In this document: piece after piece, positions 60,857 to 64,000 of the stretch | Position numbering within the stretch: position 1 is the stretch's first letter | Layout of the letters: each line of letters begins with the position of its first letter | Assembly (NCBI GenBank): GCA_030141605.1 | Contig: JAQGDQ010000758.1 | Span: forward strand, 1 to 64,000 | Direction: 5' to 3' | From: Tubiluchus corallicola | Taxonomy: Eukaryota; Animalia; Priapulida | Length of the DNA stretch: 64,000 nt | Notes under the pieces: generated by a model | Database searches by the model: none | The model's input: the letters and a program-made list of their open reading frames with translations, nothing else | Told to the model about the DNA's origin: nothing | Position numbers and translations under genes: made by a program

Positions 60857-63800
60857 TACAGCGGAAGTCCATGCTTAACGACTCTAATGCGCTCCAGCCA
60901 AGCGCGGCGTTAAGCGAAACATCATCTCTTTACACCTGAAACATTTTTATGATACAGTAAGTCCTTGCTTAACGAAGCTAATGCATTCCAGCAAAGTGTG
61001 ACGTTAAGCGAAACATCATCTCTTTACAACTGAAACGTTTTTATGATACAGTAAGTCCTTGCTTAATGATTCTAATGCGTTCCAGCAAAGTGCGGCGTTA
61101 AGCGAAACCTTATCTCTATACACCTGAAACGTTTTTATGATACAGGTTGTCCTTGCTTAACGACGCTAATGTGTTCCAGCAAAGTGCGGTGTTAAGCGAA
61201 ACATCATCTCTATACAGCGGTACACCTGAAACGTTTTTATGATACAGTAAGTCCTTGCTTAACGACGCTAATGCATTCCAGCAAAGTGTGACGTTAAGCG
61301 AAACATCATCTCTTTACAACTGAAACATTTTTATGAGACAGTAAGTCCTTGCTTAACGAAGCTAATGCATTCCAGCAAAGTGCGGCGTTAAGCGAAACGT
61401 CATCTCTATACACCTGAAACGTTTTTATGATACAGTAAGTCCTTGCTTAATGATGCTAATGCGTTCCAGCAAAGCGCGGCGTTAAGCGAAACCTTATCTC
61501 TATGCACCTGAAACGTTTTTATGATACAGTAAGTCCTTGCTTAACGAAGCTAATGCATTCCAGCAAAGTGTGACGTTAAGTGAAACATTATCTCTATACA
61601 CCTGAAACGTTTTTATGATACAGTAAGTCCTTGCTTAACGAAGCTAATGCATTCCAGCAAAGCGCGACGTTAAGCGAAACCTTATCTCTATGCACCTGAA
61701 ACGTTTTTATGATACAGTAAGTCCTTGCTTAACGATGCTAATGCGTTCCAGCAAAGCGCGACGTTAAGCGAAACCTTATCTCTATACACCTGAAACATTT
61801 TTATGATACAGTAAGTCCTTGCTTAACGAAGCTAATGCATTCCAGCAAAGTGCGGCATTAAGCGAAACGTCATCTCTATACACCTGAAACGTTTTTATGA
61901 TACAGTAAGTCCTTGCTTAATGACGCTAATGCATTCCAGCAAAGCGCGACGTTAAGCGAAACCTTATCTCTATACACCTGAAACATTTTTATGATACAGT
62001 AAGTCCTTGCTTAACGACGCTAATGCATTCCAGCAAAGTGCCACGTTAAACGAAACCTTATCTCTATACAACTGAAACTTTTTTATGATACAGTAAGTCC
62101 TTGCTTAGCGACGCTAATGCGTTCCAGCCAAGCGCGATGTTAAGTGAAACGTCATCTCTATACACCTGAACCGTTTTTATGATACAGTAAGTCCTTGCTT
62201 AACAAAGCTAATGCATTCCAGCAAAGCGCGGCGTTAAGCGAAACCTTATCTCTTTTCACCTGAAACGTTTTTATGATACAGTAAGTCCTTGCTTAATGAT
62301 GCTAATGCGTTCCAGCAAAGCGCGGCGTTAAGCAAAACCTTATCTCTATACACCTGAAACGTTTTTATGATACACTAAGTCCTTGCTAATGCGTTCCAGC
62401 AAAGCGTGGCGTTAAGTGAAACGTCATCTCTATACACCTGAAACTTTTTTATAATACAGTAAGTCCTTGCTTAACGACGCTAATGTGTTCCAGCAAAGCA
62501 CGGCGTTAAGTGAAACATCATCTCTATACACCTGAAACGTTTTTATGATACGGTAAGTCCTTGCTTAACGACGCTAATGCGTTCCAGCAAAGCACGGTGT
62601 TAAGTGAAACGTCATCTCTATACACCTGGAACGTTTTTATGATACAGTAAGTCCTTGCTTTACGAAGCTAATGCATTCCAGCAAAGCGCGGCGTTAAGCA
62701 AAACCTTATCTCTATACACTTGGAACGTTTTTATGATACAGTAAGTCCTTGCTTAACGATGCTAATGCGTTCCAGCAAAGCGCACCGTTACGCTAAACCT
62801 TATCTCTATACACCTGAAACGTTTTTATGATACAGTAAGTCCTTGCTTAACGATGCTAATGCGTTCCAGCAAAGCGCACCGTTACGCGAAACCTTATCTC
62901 TATACACCTGAAAAGTTTTTATGATACAGTAAGTCCTTGCTTAACGATGCTAATGCGTTCCAGCAAAGCGCACCGTTACGCGAAACCTTATCTCTGTACA
63001 CCTGAAACGTTTTTATGATACAGTAAGTCCTTGCTTAACAATGCTAATACGTTCCAGCAAAGCGCAACGTTAAGCGAAACCTTATCTCTATGCACCTGAA
63101 ACGTTTTTATGATACAGTAAGTCCTTGCTTAACGATGCTAATGCGTTCCAGCAAAGCGTGACATTAAGCGAAACCTTATCTCTATACACCTGAAACGTTT
63201 TTATGATACAGCAAGTCCTTGCTTAACGACGCTAATGTATTCCAGGAAAGCGTGACATTAAGCGAAACCTTATCTCTATACACCTGAAACGTTTTTATGA
63301 TACAGTAAGTCCTTGCTTAACGAAGGTAATGCGTTCCAGCAAAGCGCGGTATTAAGCGAAACCTTATCTCTATACACCTGAAACGTTTTTATGATACAGT
63401 AAGTCCTTGCTTAACGAAGGTAATGCGTTCCAGCAAAGCGCGGTATTAAGCGAAACCTTATCTCTATACACCTGAAACGTGTTTATGATACAGTAAGTCC
63501 TTGCTTAACGACGCCAATGTGTTCCAGCAAAGCGTGACATTAAGCGAAACCTTATCTCTATACACCTGAAACGTTTTTATGATACAGTAAGTCCTTGCTT
63601 AACGAAGCTAATGTGTTCCAGTAAAGTGCGGCGTTAAGCGAAACCTTATCTCTATACAACTGAGACGTTTTTATGATGCAGTAAGTCCTTGCTTAACGAC
63701 GCTAATGCGTTCCAGCAAAGCACGGTGTTAAGCGAAACCTTATCTCTATACAACTGAGACGTTTTTATGATGCAGTAAGTCCTTGCTTAACGATGCTAAT

Positions 63801-63910
63801 GCGTTCCAGCAAAGCACGGTGTTAAGCAAAACCTTATCTCTATACACCTGAAACGTTTTTATGATACAGTAAGTCCTTGCTTAATGACGCTAATACGTTC
63901 AAGCAAAGCG
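60857..63910. repeat. 94-bp minisatellite, about 32 copies, derived from a Tigger MITE terminus
   Basis: tacagtaagtccttgcttaacgacgctaatgcgttccagcaaag...gttaagcgaaac; period 60953 to 61047; the first about 62 bp match 58778-58840. Confidence 0.95.
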
Positions 63911-64000
63911 TATAATTTTACTTACCTACCTGGCGGTTTCTCTTTAGTTGACGTTTAAGTCTAGTCAGTGCTTAAACAGCAAGCCCTGGGGGCAAGCCTT

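Overview
AT-rich, repeat-dense genomic DNA from a non-vertebrate animal (spliceosomal GT-AG introns; no prokaryotic features). It holds two protein-coding genes on the + strand. (1) A two-exon orphan class-A (rhodopsin-like) GPCR, 5849-5935 plus 7153-8124, about 352 aa, with non-canonical motifs (DQY, no CWxP). (2) The first 21 coding exons of MAP3K4/MEKK4 (12916-60727), which splice in consistent phase to about 1334 codons and stop at the start of the kinase domain; the rest lies beyond the window. The introns are filled with non-autonomous DNA transposons (hAT with 8-bp TSDs, Tigger/TcMar with TA, TTAA-flanked Kolobok-like elements, a Harbinger remnant), solo LTRs, tRNA-derived SINEs, a 5S rRNA-headed element, LINE fragments, microsatellites and at least 11 minisatellite arrays. 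The most striking pattern is that many arrays are amplified from functional junctions: the exon-16 splice donor, the exon-17 splice acceptor, transposon termini and an LTR interior. Most ORFs in the supplied track are artefacts of repeats. Homology statements come from recalled sequences, not searches.
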